A DNA stretch of 64,000 nucleotides from an uncultured Gemmatimonadales bacterium (GCA_963823035.1 CAWGKG010000012.1:493369-557368), one strand, 5' to 3'; counted from the first letter of the stretch, positions 31,023 to 41,366 are shown. The notes: generated by a model from the letters alone, not told the origin. Program-made: numbers and translations.

Positions 31023-33143
31023 TCATCGACCGGTCTCGTCAGCGGCGCCCGCGCCAGGGCGGTAGCGGCGGATGGCGCCCCGCTCGACGTCCTCGCGGGT
31101 GAAGGCCACCTTCTTCAGCCGGCCGTGCGCGAACATGGCGGCCTGGTCGTCGAACCACGGGGAGTCCGGCTGGTTGCTCTCCCCGTAGGCCAGGACGGAG
31201 TAGGCCCGGGGCACGTCGGCGAACTCGACCGCCAGGATCCAACCGTCGCCGCGGTTGGCGGCCAGGCGGCCGTCCGGCTGTTCCTCGAAGGACAGCGCGC
31301 GGAAGCACCCCAGCGTGGGCGGGCAGCCGGATACCGGCTCGTCCACGTCGCCGCGGATCACGCGGTGGATCTCCCCCCACGGGACGTCGTAGGCCCACCC
31401 GCGCTCCCGCATCCGCTCCGCTGCCCACGCGAACGCCGCCGCAGCCTCGGCGGGCGAGCCGATACCGCGTGGCGTCTCCATGGGTCGTGCGGACGTCCAC
31501 GGCTCACGGTAGAAGCGTGCGGTGTCGATCGTCTCGGCGTAGCGGTCCGCCCATATCTCGAAGAGCACACCTCCGCGGCTGTCCGCGGCGGCGGTCCGGT
31601 CCCAGCGCTCGAGCACGCGGGCGGCCTTGGCGACCTCACCCTCCGGGTCCGTCGCGCGCACGGCGTCGAGCAACTCGTCCGTGACCCGCTCGGCCACCAG
31701 CATGCGCGGCGTGTGCTTGAGCGCGACCATCTCCTCGAGGCTCAGCTTCGGTCCGTCGTGCAGCAGCTCGAGCGAGAGCTGGCTACGAGGACGGAGGCGG
31801 GGGGCGGGCAGGTTGGCGGGCATCGTGTCCCGGTCCATCGGGACGTTCAGGTTGGTGTAGTCGGGCGTGTCGTTCTCCTGCTGCACGTACCCCCCGGGCG
31901 GATCCAGGTAGAGCGGGAGATCGTCGAAGGGAACGTACTCCTCCCAGAGGTCGGCGCGGGTGTGCGCGATCGCGGCCGTGTCGCCGGTGGGCGGGTGCGG
32001 GAGGAGTGGGAGGCGCGCGTTGTACAGGTGGGCGATGTGCCCGTCCGCGTCGGCGTACGTGAAGTTCGACGAGGGGTGCGCGCGCCAGCGCATGACGTCG
32101 AGCCACGCCTCGAAGCTCCCGGTCTGCATCATGCGCAGGAACTGCTCCCCCCGGCGCCACTCGCCGTCCCGGGGGTCCTTCAGGATGTAGACGCGCTCGG
32201 GCGTGCGTTGGATCACGGGGCCGTACGGCGTCCACCATGTCGAACGGGTCTCGGTGTCGAGCCCGCCGTCCTCCGTGCGGTACTCCACCGTGGTGCGCCG
32301 CTCCTGGAGCGCGAACGAGCGACCGTCGAGCACGTAGTGGTCGGCTCGATCGCGGTCCGCGGCCAGAGCGTAGACCTGCGAGTACGTGGGGTAGTTGTTC
32401 GTCGTGGCCCACCCCAGCCGGCGGTTGAAGCCGCCGATGATCCCGAAGGCGCCTCCGATCCGGAAGTCCCCGTAGAAGTCGAGCACGCCCGGCACCACCA
32501 CGTGCGCCTCGTAGTAGCCGGCGTCCCAAGCCAGGTGGGGGTTCCGGAGGAGCATCGCGTGGCCCGACTTCGATCGGCTGGGCGCGAACGCCCACGCGTT
32601 CGAGCCGTCGAGCGCGTAGGCGTCATCATCGGGGACCACCTCTGCCCGCCGGAGCGACCGCAGGAAGGACGCAGCATCGCCTCGGCTCCACGACTGCACC
32701 TCGCGGGCGTGTGCGTCCACCCCCGTGAAGTCCGGGACCATCCACGCCGGGAAGCGGTCGGGGTGGAGGCGGACGTAGTGCCGGATACCCGCCGCGAAGC
32801 CGCCGTAGACGGCCCGGGTGGCGGGCTCGAGGAGCGGCCAGGTTTCCACGGCGCGGGCGTAGTCGACGCGCGCGTCGAAGTCACCTTCGATGGAGTCGTG
32901 GCCCACCCAGCGGGCATACTCGCCGCGCGCCTTCACGAGGTTCACCGCGGCCACGTCGCCCCAGTCCTCCGACTGGACCCACCCGAGCGCGAAGCCCATC
33001 GCCTCCAGGTCCTCCGCGAAGATGTGCGGCACACCGTGCTCGGTGCGGACGATCTCCACGCGTGCGGCGATGGCGGCCTCCGCGTCCGAGTCCGCGGCCT
33101 GCGGGAGGAGGAGGGAAGTTGCCAGCGCGAGGATGGGAAGCAT
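31023..33143 (-). CDS. Ntn-hydrolase acylase (penicillin / GL-7-ACA / AHL acylase family), exported
   Basis: Signal peptide; GVPHI, GSNAWA nucleophile Ser, NPHL. Confidence 0.93.
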   Translation of the reverse strand: MLPILALATSLLLPQAADSDAEAAIAARVEIVRTEHGVPHIFAEDLEAMGFALGWVQSEDWGDVAAVNLVKARGEYARWVGHDSIEGDFDARVDYARAVETWPLLEPATRAVYGGFAAGIRHYVRLHPDRFPAWMVPDFTGVDAHAREVQSWSRGDAASFLRSLRRAEVVPDDDAYALDGSNAWAFAPSRSKSGHAMLLRNPHLAWDAGYYEAHVVVPGVLDFYGDFRIGGAFGIIGGFNRRLGWATTNNYPTYSQVYALAADRDRADHYVLDGRSFALQERRTTVEYRTEDGGLDTETRSTWWTPYGPVIQRTPERVYILKDPRDGEWRRGEQFLRMMQTGSFEAWLDVMRWRAHPSSNFTYADADGHIAHLYNARLPLLPHPPTGDTAAIAHTRADLWEEYVPFDDLPLYLDPPGGYVQQENDTPDYTNLNVPMDRDTMPANLPAPRLRPRSQLSLELLHDGPKLSLEEMVALKHTPRMLVAERVTDELLDAVRATDPEGEVAKAARVLERWDRTAAADSRGGVLFEIWADRYAETIDTARFYREPWTSARPMETPRGIGSPAEAAAAFAWAAERMRERGWAYDVPWGEIHRVIRGDVDEPVSGCPPTLGCFRALSFEEQPDGRLAANRGDGWILAVEFADVPRAYSVLAYGESNQPDSPWFDDQAAMFAHGRLKKVAFTREDVERGAIRRYRPGAGAADETGR

Positions 33144-33176
33144 CGGTCGGGTCGGCCGGTCGTGGGGAGCGGGTGT

Positions 33177-33926
33177 CTACAATCTTCCGACGAGAAGGTA
33201 GATGGGCCAGGACACGTCCCGAGCTTCGTCCGGGTCGGGCCACGCCTCCGCGAGTCGTGGCTCGAGCCGATCGAGGGGGTCGGCGCCGCGCTCCTCCCGG
33301 TAGCGGTTCACGGAAGACCACGTGGAGAGTTGGCCCATCAGGTCGGCTCGCGTCCACCGCGGGCGCATGTCGAAGGAGGGCGTATCCACACGCGCGAAGG
33401 GGAAGGGCAGTCGCTCGTACCGTTCGTGGACGTGCTGCCGCTCCGGGGGCCACCACGGGCCCACCACCCGGTCGTAGAACCAGTCGACCGCGGCGTCGAC
33501 GGCGGCGTCCACCCGCACGAGCGAGTACGTCCACACCGCCAGGTGTGCGCCAGGGTGCCCCACGCGCCTGGCCTCCGCGTAGAACGCGTCCAGGTCGAAC
33601 CAGTGCACGGCCTGCGCGACGGTGATCAGATCGACCGAGGCGTCGGCGAGCGGCGCGCGCTCGGCGGAGGCCAGGAGGTAGCGGACGGACGGCTCGGTTG
33701 GTGCGTGGGCGACCTGCTCGGCGCTCGCGTCGGTGGCCACCACCCGCTCGAAGTGCGCCGCCAACCCAACCGCCGCCTGGCCGCTGCCGGTGGCGCAGTC
33801 CCAGGCGACCCCGCGTGCGGGCGAGAGCGCCGCGAGCCAGGCGTACAGCTCCACCGGGTACGTCGGCCGGTACCGACGGTACAGCTCGGCGTGGCCGGAG
33901 AAGTGGTCGGGAAAGGTCGGAGTCAC
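33177..33926 (-). CDS. Class I SAM-dependent methyltransferase
   Basis: DHFS..A..Y..YRPTYP, WDCATGSGQA, AQAVHWFD. Confidence 0.92.
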   Translation of the reverse strand: MTPTFPDHFSGHAELYRRYRPTYPVELYAWLAALSPARGVAWDCATGSGQAAVGLAAHFERVVATDASAEQVAHAPTEPSVRYLLASAERAPLADASVDLITVAQAVHWFDLDAFYAEARRVGHPGAHLAVWTYSLVRVDAAVDAAVDWFYDRVVGPWWPPERQHVHERYERLPFPFARVDTPSFDMRPRWTRADLMGQLSTWSSVNRYREERGADPLDRLEPRLAEAWPDPDEARDVSWPIYLLVGRL

Positions 33927-33975
33927 GGGCCACACGATAGAGGCCCGCGGCGGCGACTCGCCACCCCGGGCTTCC

Positions 33976-34425
33976 CTAGGCGATGTTGGACTTCCAGCGC
34001 CGAAGCACGTCCTCGACGATGTCGACGAGCTCGGTGAAGTCGGCCGGCTTGATCTTCACTTCCTTGGCGCCGAGGGCGAACGCCTGGGTGGCGAGCGCGC
34101 GGTTGGTGTTGGCCGTGAAGACGACGACCGGGGTCATCGACCATGGCTCGCGTTGCGGCCCGAGCCAGCGCAGGAAGTCCAGCCCGCCCAGCCCCGGCAG
34201 CCCGAGGTCCAGGATGATCACGCCGGGGAGGGGATGACGGGTACGGTTGTCGAAAGGCCAACGGCCGAGGAGGTAGTCCATCGCCTCCTCACTCGAGCCG
34301 GTGACGTGCAGGACACAGGGCATCGTGCCATACGCAAACGCCGCCTGGAGCAGCGCGGCATGGTCCTGCTCGTCCTCGACCACGAGGACGACGAACGAAT
34401 CGTCGGGGGGCGTCCTCGATGTCAT
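33976..34425 (-). CDS. Single-domain response regulator (Rcp1-like)
   Basis: VEDE, LDLGLP, VFT, KP. Confidence 0.9.
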   Translation of the reverse strand: MTSRTPPDDSFVVLVVEDEQDHAALLQAAFAYGTMPCVLHVTGSSEEAMDYLLGRWPFDNRTRHPLPGVIILDLGLPGLGGLDFLRWLGPQREPWSMTPVVVFTANTNRALATQAFALGAKEVKIKPADFTELVDIVEDVLRRWKSNIA

Positions 34426-34555
34426 GGGTCGTCCACGTGTGATGGTGCGTACGGGCGGAGCGCAGAATGCATAATGATACCGGGCCTGACGCCCGTCATT
34501 CTCGATTTGGTACGGTAGCCCGCCGACCGTCGGACGCCCGGGCTATCTTCCCGGC

Positions 34556-35743
34556 ATGAGACGTTGGCTATTCGGGCTCCTCCTCGCCGCCGGCTCCTGC
34601 GGTAGCGACGGCGGCGTCGGCACCCCTGGCGTGGCTTCGATCCTGGTGGAGCCGGCCCTCGAGCTCGCGGTGGAGGTGGGCGACACGGTCCGCCTGCACG
34701 CGCGGGTGCTGGATGCCGTGGACCGACCGGTTTCTGCGGCGACCGTGACGTGGAGCTCCGGGAACCCCGCGGTGGCCTCGGTGGACGGCGGCGGCCTCGT
34801 CACGGCGGTGGGTGCGGGCGCCACTCCGATCACCGCGCGTGCGGGTGGCATCTCCGGCACCGGCACGGTCGAGGTCTACGTCCCACCGGTCGTGGACGCC
34901 TGGGTGCCCGGCACGTCGTATTTCGGGCGGCGGCAATACGTGGAGTATCTGCCCGGCGAGCTGCCGGTGGTGATCTCCGTACCGCACGGCGGCGACCTCG
35001 AGCCCACGGAGATCCCCGACCGCGGCGGGGGCACGACGGTCACGGACAGCTGGACGCGCGAGACGGCCCTCGCGGTGCGTGACGCCTTCATCGAGCGGAC
35101 CGGCAGCGCGCCGCACCTCGTGATCTCGCACCTGAGGCGTACCAAGCTCGACCCCAACCGCGAGATCGTCGAGGCTGCGGAGGGAAATCCCTTCGCCGAG
35201 AACGCCTGGCGGGAGTTCCAGGCCTTCATCGACACCGCTGAGGCGGCGGTGGTGCTTCGGTACGGATCGGGCTCGTACCTCGACCTGCACGGCCACGGGC
35301 ACGAGATCCTCCGGGCCGAGCTGGGCTACCTGCTGGGCGCCGACGATCTCGCCCGCGCGGACGCGGTGCTGGATGCCGGTGGCTACGCCCAACGGAGCAG
35401 CATCCGCGTGCTCGTCGAATCGGGGGGCGCCCCGTTCTCCGAGCTTCTGCGCGGGACCACGAGCCTTGGGGGGCTCCTGGTCGCCGGTGGCTTCGCGGCG
35501 GTGCCGAGTCCATCCGCTCCGTCGCCGGGTGCGGATCCCTACTTCTCGGGCGGCTACAACGTGGATCGGCACGGCTCGAAGGCGGGGGGCGCGGTGAGCG
35601 GGGTGCAGATCGAGCTGCCCAACGCGGGAACCCGGGACACCGCCGCCCACCGACGTGCCTTCGCGACCGTGCTCGCCGAGGCCGTCGAATCGTTCATGGT
35701 GGCCCATTGGGGCTTCTTCGCACCTTCCCCACCGCCCCCTTGA
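34556..35743 (+). CDS. Lipoprotein with Ig-like (Big_2) domain and N-formylglutamate amidohydrolase-like domain
   Basis: AAGSC lipobox; WSSGNPAVASVD..GLVTA; PHGG, LDPNR, DLHG. Confidence 0.8.
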   Translation: MRRWLFGLLLAAGSCGSDGGVGTPGVASILVEPALELAVEVGDTVRLHARVLDAVDRPVSAATVTWSSGNPAVASVDGGGLVTAVGAGATPITARAGGISGTGTVEVYVPPVVDAWVPGTSYFGRRQYVEYLPGELPVVISVPHGGDLEPTEIPDRGGGTTVTDSWTRETALAVRDAFIERTGSAPHLVISHLRRTKLDPNREIVEAAEGNPFAENAWREFQAFIDTAEAAVVLRYGSGSYLDLHGHGHEILRAELGYLLGADDLARADAVLDAGGYAQRSSIRVLVESGGAPFSELLRGTTSLGGLLVAGGFAAVPSPSAPSPGADPYFSGGYNVDRHGSKAGGAVSGVQIELPNAGTRDTAAHRRAFATVLAEAVESFMVAHWGFFAPSPPPP

Positions 35744-35770
35744 ACCTCACGTTGCGTGAGGTATTAGCGT
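35740..35770 (+). promoter_or_regulatory. MerR-type promoter with dyad operator
   Basis: TTGAAC-19 bp-TAGCGT, with palindrome ACCTCACG-ttg-CGTGAGGT (35744-35762). Confidence 0.85.
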
Positions 35771-35803
35771 GTCTTCGCGCGTGAGCCGCGACCAGGAGGA
35801 TAC

Positions 35804-36553
35804 GTGACCGAGGCGATGAAGGTGGGCGAGTTGGCCGAGCGCACGGGGCTGTCCGTACGCACGCTGCATCACTACGACGACATCGGCCTGCTCGCGCCGG
35901 AGGGGCGCACACCATCGGGACACCGGATCTACGGTCTGCCCCAGGTACGTCGGCTGCAGCAGATCGCGTCGCTGCGGCATCTCGGCCTCTCCCTGGACGA
36001 GATCCGCGAATGCCTGGAGCGTCCCGAGTATTCGCTGGACCGGGTGCTGGCGCTCCAGGTCGAGCGCCTGCGTGAGGACGTCGACCGGCAGAAGCGGCTC
36101 TTGCGGCTGCTCGTCGAGTTGCGCCGACGGCTGGCGGGCGCGGAGGAGATCTCGGTCGACGACATCGCGCGAACGATCGAGGCCACCACCTGGCACGAGA
36201 AGTACTACGCGCCCGAGCAGCGGACGCAGATCGCGCGCCGGGCCGAGGAGATGGGGGAGGCGCGCATCCGGAAGGGCCAGGAGGATTGGGCCGAGCTCCT
36301 CGCCGATTTCGCGAGCGCGATGGAGCGTGGCCTCGATCCGGGCGACGGCCAGGTGGACGCCCTCGCCGCGCGGGCGGAGGCGCTCATCGAGCAGTTCACG
36401 GGAGGCGACACGGGGATCAGGGAGTCGATGGCCCGCATGTACCGCGACGAGGGCGCGGAGCGGATCATGGCGCGTCACGGCGTGGGGCTGCCCGAGGGCC
36501 TCTGGGCGTACTACGGTAAGGCGATGGCCTCGCGTCGCGCTGCCCGCACGTGA
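35804..36553 (+). CDS. MerR-family regulator with TipAS-like domain
   Basis: VGELA..TGLSVRTLHHYD, GHRIY; helical TipAS-like C-terminus. Confidence 0.9.
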   Translation: MTEAMKVGELAERTGLSVRTLHHYDDIGLLAPEGRTPSGHRIYGLPQVRRLQQIASLRHLGLSLDEIRECLERPEYSLDRVLALQVERLREDVDRQKRLLRLLVELRRRLAGAEEISVDDIARTIEATTWHEKYYAPEQRTQIARRAEEMGEARIRKGQEDWAELLADFASAMERGLDPGDGQVDALAARAEALIEQFTGGDTGIRESMARMYRDEGAERIMARHGVGLPEGLWAYYGKAMASRRAART

Positions 36554-36705
36554 CGGACCCGCCGGACGCTCGCGTTCACGGTGGTGGACGTGCTGCCGCC
36601 ACGCCCGACGAGCACGCACGCCTGGTGGGAGAGTGGGCCGCCGCCGTCTGGTGCGCGTGGGGCCCGCACCACGAGATCGTGCGCACATGGACCGACCGAC
36701 TCTGA
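36550..36705 (+). pseudogene. 51-aa remnant resembling a DUF5946 C-terminus
   Basis: ATPDEHARLVGEWAAAVWCAWGPHHEIVRTW; FTVVDV in the adjacent frame; GTGA overlap with the upstream stop. Confidence 0.5.
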
Positions 36706-36730
36706 CCTCGACACGAGGAGCTCGAACCCG

Positions 36731-37711
36731 ATGACCCCTGAGGAAGCGCCGCCCGCCTGGGTGGAGGAATCCACGCGCATCGAGGCGGTGGGATGGAGCA
36801 TCCCGGCCGCGATCACGCTCCCACGGCCCGGTCCGCCCGTGAGCCTGGTGGTCATCGTTCCCGGCTCGCTCTTCAGCGACGTGGACGGGGACTTTCCCAT
36901 GTTCAACGCGCACCCGCACGCTTCCCGCGACCTGGCACACCAGCTCGGCGCTCTTGGCCACGCGGTGATCCGCTACGCCAAGCGGGGACCAGGCACGGGC
37001 GCCGAGATGGTGGACCCCGGGCAGCAGGAGGCGAGCCGCCAGTTCCGCGCGCGCGTCACCGTCATGGACGCGGCGCTCGCGCTCCTGCGCGCTCGCGTGG
37101 GCGAGCCGGGTGCGGACCGTCCTTCCATCGTGGCGGGGCACTCGGAGGGGGCGGTCGTCGCGTCGATGGGGGCCGAGCGCGGGGTGCCGCCCGACGGGGT
37201 CGTTCTCCTGTCGGGGCCGTCGGTCGGGATCTTCGGGATCATGCGCGAGCAGCTTCCCCTTCCGCCCAACGCCCCGCCCGAAGCCTACGCCGCGTACGAC
37301 CGGGTGGTGGCGACGCTCCGTGCGGGCGGAGCGTTCCCGGAGCTCGATCCGGACGACCCGACGCTCCAGTCGCTCGCCTTCGTCGGACGGGCGGGGGACG
37401 CCGGAGCGCGCTACATGGTGCAGATCGACGCGGTGGATCCGGTCGCCACGCTCAAGCGCGTGATGCAGCCGGTGCTCCTGGTCCAGGGTGGGCGGGACAG
37501 CTCGGTGCCCGCCCATCATGCGGACAGGCTGGAGACGGCCCGAGAGGCCACGGGGCTGCCGACCGAGGTCGCTTTCTTCCCGGAGCTCACGCACACCTAC
37601 AAGGTCGCGCCGGAGGGGATGGACCCGATGGCCGCCTTCATGCTCGATACGGACAGCGACCCTGCGGTCGGAGCTTCGATCGACGACTGGATCCGGCGGA
37701 CGTTCCGCTAG
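36731..37711 (+). CDS. Alpha/beta hydrolase
   Basis: GHSEG, QGGRD, ELTH. Confidence 0.88.
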   Translation: MTPEEAPPAWVEESTRIEAVGWSIPAAITLPRPGPPVSLVVIVPGSLFSDVDGDFPMFNAHPHASRDLAHQLGALGHAVIRYAKRGPGTGAEMVDPGQQEASRQFRARVTVMDAALALLRARVGEPGADRPSIVAGHSEGAVVASMGAERGVPPDGVVLLSGPSVGIFGIMREQLPLPPNAPPEAYAAYDRVVATLRAGGAFPELDPDDPTLQSLAFVGRAGDAGARYMVQIDAVDPVATLKRVMQPVLLVQGGRDSSVPAHHADRLETAREATGLPTEVAFFPELTHTYKVAPEGMDPMAAFMLDTDSDPAVGASIDDWIRRTFR

Positions 37712-37738
37712 CAGCCCATCCGGCCGTTGGAAAGCTGA

Positions 37739-37769
37739 CGGGGGTGGCGGACCGAGTCCGCCACCCCCG
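37739..37769. terminator. GC-rich hairpin between convergent genes
   Basis: CGGGGGTGGCGGAC-cga-GTCCGCCACCCCCG, 14-bp perfect stem. Confidence 0.65.
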
Positions 37770-37792
37770 CGTGTTCCCCGGGAGGGGGAAGC

Positions 37793-38602
37793 TCAGCCGC
37801 CTCGGCCGAACCGACCGCGGCGGATCGGGAAATGTCCCTCGCGCGTGGACAGATCGATCTCGACGGTCTCGCCGTTGATGACGGCCGTGGCGGTCTCGTC
37901 GCCGTCGAAGGTGATCGTCACGTCGAGCGTCTTCGTGTAGTCCCCGTTGGGCCCGTTCACCACCGTCACGTTCAGCGTCCGATGGATGGTCCCGGAGAGG
38001 GGCCAGCGCGAGTCGGATCCGGGCACCGGCACGACCACGTCGTCGTAGGTGAAGGTCCCGTCCATGTCGTGCGTGGCCTCGCTGCCGTCGTCGAGGGTGC
38101 GGCTCCGGCTGATGGTCTCCGAGCCGCTTCCGTTGAACGTTCGCGTGTTCTCGGTGCCCTCGAGGCCGCTCACCGTCATGTCGCGCAGGCGCTCGATGCT
38201 CGCGGACCAGGTGTCCCGCGTCACCTCGCCGGCCAACTCGAGCATGAAGTGGATCGAAGCGGTGGTATCCCGGTCGTAGGCCTCCTGCTCCGCGCCCGAG
38301 GCGTCGTAGAAGGTCACCTCCCGCGTGCCGGAGAGGTCCCCGCCGATGCCGTGCCGACCGCCGGGCTCGCCGGGGCCGCCACCCATGCCACCGCTCAGCT
38401 CGGGCGCTCCGACGGCGCCGAACGCGAAGCCGGTGGAGACGAGGTTCACGTCCTCGATCGTCGCGTCCGCGACCACGACCGCGGCATTGAGGAGGAGCTC
38501 GTCGCTGAGTTGGGGTGCCGTGCCGCTGTCGTCGCAGCCGGCAAGCGCGAGGGCGGCCACCGCGGCCACGCTCCCACCTGCGAACAGGCGTGGGGTCGTC
38601 AT
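37793..38602 (-). CDS. Hypothetical beta-rich lipoprotein
   Basis: LAGC lipobox; beta-strand-rich sequence with WPLSG motif. Confidence 0.8.
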   Translation of the reverse strand: MTTPRLFAGGSVAAVAALALAGCDDSGTAPQLSDELLLNAAVVVADATIEDVNLVSTGFAFGAVGAPELSGGMGGGPGEPGGRHGIGGDLSGTREVTFYDASGAEQEAYDRDTTASIHFMLELAGEVTRDTWSASIERLRDMTVSGLEGTENTRTFNGSGSETISRSRTLDDGSEATHDMDGTFTYDDVVVPVPGSDSRWPLSGTIHRTLNVTVVNGPNGDYTKTLDVTITFDGDETATAVINGETVEIDLSTREGHFPIRRGRFGRGG

Positions 38603-38694
38603 GTCGTCACATCCTCGTTCTGGGGATCGGTCCGAGTCGATTCTGGACCTGGAGATCCCGACCCACCGGTGGACGTTAAACCGATGCCCAGAGG

Positions 38695-38711
38695 AGCACG
38701 CTCCGTGCCAA
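38695..38711 (-). promoter_or_regulatory. Sigma54 -24/-12 promoter candidate
   Basis: Minus strand TTGGCACGGAGCGTGCT (GG-N10-GC), about 90 bp upstream of the lipoprotein gene. Confidence 0.6.
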
Positions 38712-38738
38712 CCCGGCCCGAACCCATTTCCCCCGGGA

Positions 38739-40710
38739 TCACTTCTGCGGAAGCGCGAAGACCACCAGCGTTCCTCCGTCCGCCCCACCGCCCGTGGCGA
38801 TGGCCACGAACTGCCGCCCGTCGCGGGTGGCGTACGTCATCGGATTGGCATAGCCGCGGCCGGGGAGGGGCCCCTCCCACAGCCGCGCCCCGGTGGCGGC
38901 ATCGAAGGCGGTGAGCACCTCGGCGCCTCCCGAGACGAAAACAATGCCGCCCTTCGTCACGATGGGACCGGGCGCGCCGGCGGTGCCCAGGCGCTCCGGG
39001 AGCGCCACGCCGGCGAGCAGCGGGTTCGAGCGAACCCCCTCGTCGTCGCCGACCGGCTCCTGCCAGACGATCTCGCCGCGGTTCATGTCGATGGCCGTGA
39101 CGGTGCCGTACGGCGGATCGAGGATCGGGATGCCGTCGACGCTGGTGGCCCCGCGCACGCTGCGGTCGATGTCCCACGTCGCGACCACGCGGGAGGTGTC
39201 GGCAGGGCCGAGCTTGAAGAGCGCGGCGCCCTCCGTGGCCTTCACGTACAGGTAGCCGGTCTCCGGGTCCACGGCGGACCCACCCCAGTTGCCCCCGCCG
39301 ATGATGCCGGGTGCGCCGAGCGTGCCCTCGAGCGAGGGTGGGGTGAAGAGCGGGCCGAGGCGGAAGCCCCGCGTCGCCTGTGCCGCCATCGTGTGGAGGC
39401 GGGGCGTCAGGCTCACCAGGTCGCCCTCGGTGACGCCCTGCCGGGAGAACGGCGGCGGGCGCGTCGGGAAGGGCTGCGTGGGAGAGGTGCGCTCGCCCGC
39501 CACGTCGCTTTGCGGCACGGGCCGCTCCTCGATCGGCCAGACCGGGGTCCCGTCGACGCGATCGAAGGCGTACACGAAGCCCGTCTTTCCCGCGACCGCC
39601 ACGGCGTCCACCTGCCGCCCGTCCACGTGGGCGGTATACAGCACGGGTGCGCCGGGGAGGTCGTAGTCCCACAGACCGTGGTGCACCGTCTGGAAGTGCC
39701 ACACACGCTCGCCGGTGCGCGCGTCCAGGCAGAGGAGCGTCTCCGCGAAGAGGTTGTCTCCCTTCCGGTCGCCCCCGTAGTAGTCGCCGCTGGGCGTGCC
39801 CATCGGCGCGTAGAGCAGACCGCGCTCCACGTCGACGGTCATGGGAGCCCAGGCGTTGGTGTGTCCCTTCACCCGCCAGGAGCCGTCCTCCCACGTCTCG
39901 TTGCCGAACTCGCCCTCCTGCGGGATGGGGTTGAAGCTCCACACCAGGCGGCCGGTGCGGGCGTCGAAGGCCTGGATGTTCCCCGGAGGATCGTTCGGGT
40001 AGACGAAGCCGTCCCACACGCCGTTCCCCACGATGACCAGATCCTCGAACACCACCGGCGGTGAGGTCTGGGTGTAGTGCAGCCGGTTGGTGTGCCACAG
40101 CAGCCGCTCGGTGAGGTCGACCTCGCCGTGGTCGCCGAACGTCTCGACGACCCGACCCGTCGCCGCGTCGAGGGCGATGAGCCGCCAGCGGGTGTTCAGG
40201 AACACCCGGCGCTGCCCGCCGCCCGTCCACACCGCCACGCCACGGTGGACGAGGCCGGTGCCGTTCGGCGGCTTGCCCCACTCGACCGTGTGCGGATCGT
40301 ACGCCCAGATCTCCTCTCCGGTCGCGGCATCGAGCGCGACCACGCGGTTGTACGGCGTGGAGACGTACATCGTATCGCCGATCACGAGGGGCGTGACCTC
40401 GAAGCTACCGGCGCGCACGTCCTGACCCGGGATCGGACGCATGGGCCCGGGCACCGGGACGTCCCCGGTGCTCCACGACCAGGCGACGCGGAGGTGGTCC
40501 ACGTTCTCGCGCGTGATGGTCGCCAGCGCCGAGTAGCGCGTCCCGGCCGCGTCCCCGCCGTAGGCGGGCCAGTCGGAGTCGGAGGCGTGCGACGACGACG
40601 CACCGCGGTCCGGAGCGGTGCAGCCGGCGAGGAGGAGCGCGGCGGCCGTGACGACAGCGACCGCCGTCAGGTGTCCAGCTCCGTGGCGGCCGACCGCCAG
40701 GCCACGGCAT
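38739..40710 (-). CDS. PQQ-dependent dehydrogenase (glucose dehydrogenase-like) lipoprotein; start uncertain, possible indel near 40670
   Basis: LLLAGC, DWPAYGGD..GTRYS, EVTPL, WHFQTVHHGLWDYD, GGGNWGG, ANPMTY. Confidence 0.9.
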
Positions 40711-41335
40711 CGTGGCCGCCGTGGTGTCGCCGCTCCTGGCTGCGGACGGACGGATCGCGGTATCGGATCAGGCTGGCGAGGTGGCGCTCCGTCGGTTGAC
40801 TCAGCGCGCGCGCCAGTGGCCGTGTGCCCTCGTCGAGGATGTCGGCGACCTTGCGGGGCTGCATCGGCACCTTGCCGTCCCGGATCGCGCTCAGGCGTGC
40901 GAACTGCTCGAGGGCCTCCATGAAGCCCGGCAGCGCGCCCACCGCCTGCGGATCGTTGTTGAGCAGCCGCCGGCTGCGGGTGCCGAGGTTCAGGAAGAGC
41001 CCCTCGGTGAAGTCGGGGAGCGGATCGTCCTGGTGCACGGCGTTCAGGATGCCGAGCATCTCGTCCGTCTCCAGCTCACGCGGGCCGCCCTGCCATACCC
41101 ACACGGCCGTCTCGGCGGCGTGCAGGGTATCCCAGGCGAGCTGGCGGCCCCGGTCCTGCAGGCGGCGACGCTCCAGGAACGCCTCCACCACCGCCACCGT
41201 GATGACGATGCCGATCACCTCGGTGCCGAGGTTGATGAAGAGGTCGCCGAGCGTGGTGTCCGTGCCGAACACGAACGCCAGCCACAGCATGGCGACCGCG
41301 AGGAGGAGGAAGGACCCCGCCACGATGGCTCGCAT
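40667..41335 (-). CDS. Hypothetical membrane protein (2 N-terminal TM)
   Basis: Two hydrophobic helices (NLGTEVIGIVITVAVV) followed by a helical soluble domain. Confidence 0.75.
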   Translation of the reverse strand: MRAIVAGSFLLLAVAMLWLAFVFGTDTTLGDLFINLGTEVIGIVITVAVVEAFLERRRLQDRGRQLAWDTLHAAETAVWVWQGGPRELETDEMLGILNAVHQDDPLPDFTEGLFLNLGTRSRRLLNNDPQAVGALPGFMEALEQFARLSAIRDGKVPMQPRKVADILDEGTRPLARALSQPTERHLASLIRYRDPSVRSQERRHHGGHDAVAWRSAATELDT

Positions 41336-41366
41336 GAGGATGCCGCTTCTCACGTGACCTTCACCG

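Noticed and set aside
24634..34037. Long antisense ORFs (1086 aa, 1031 aa and others)
   Set aside because: Expected shadows of high-GC genes; no recognisable motifs
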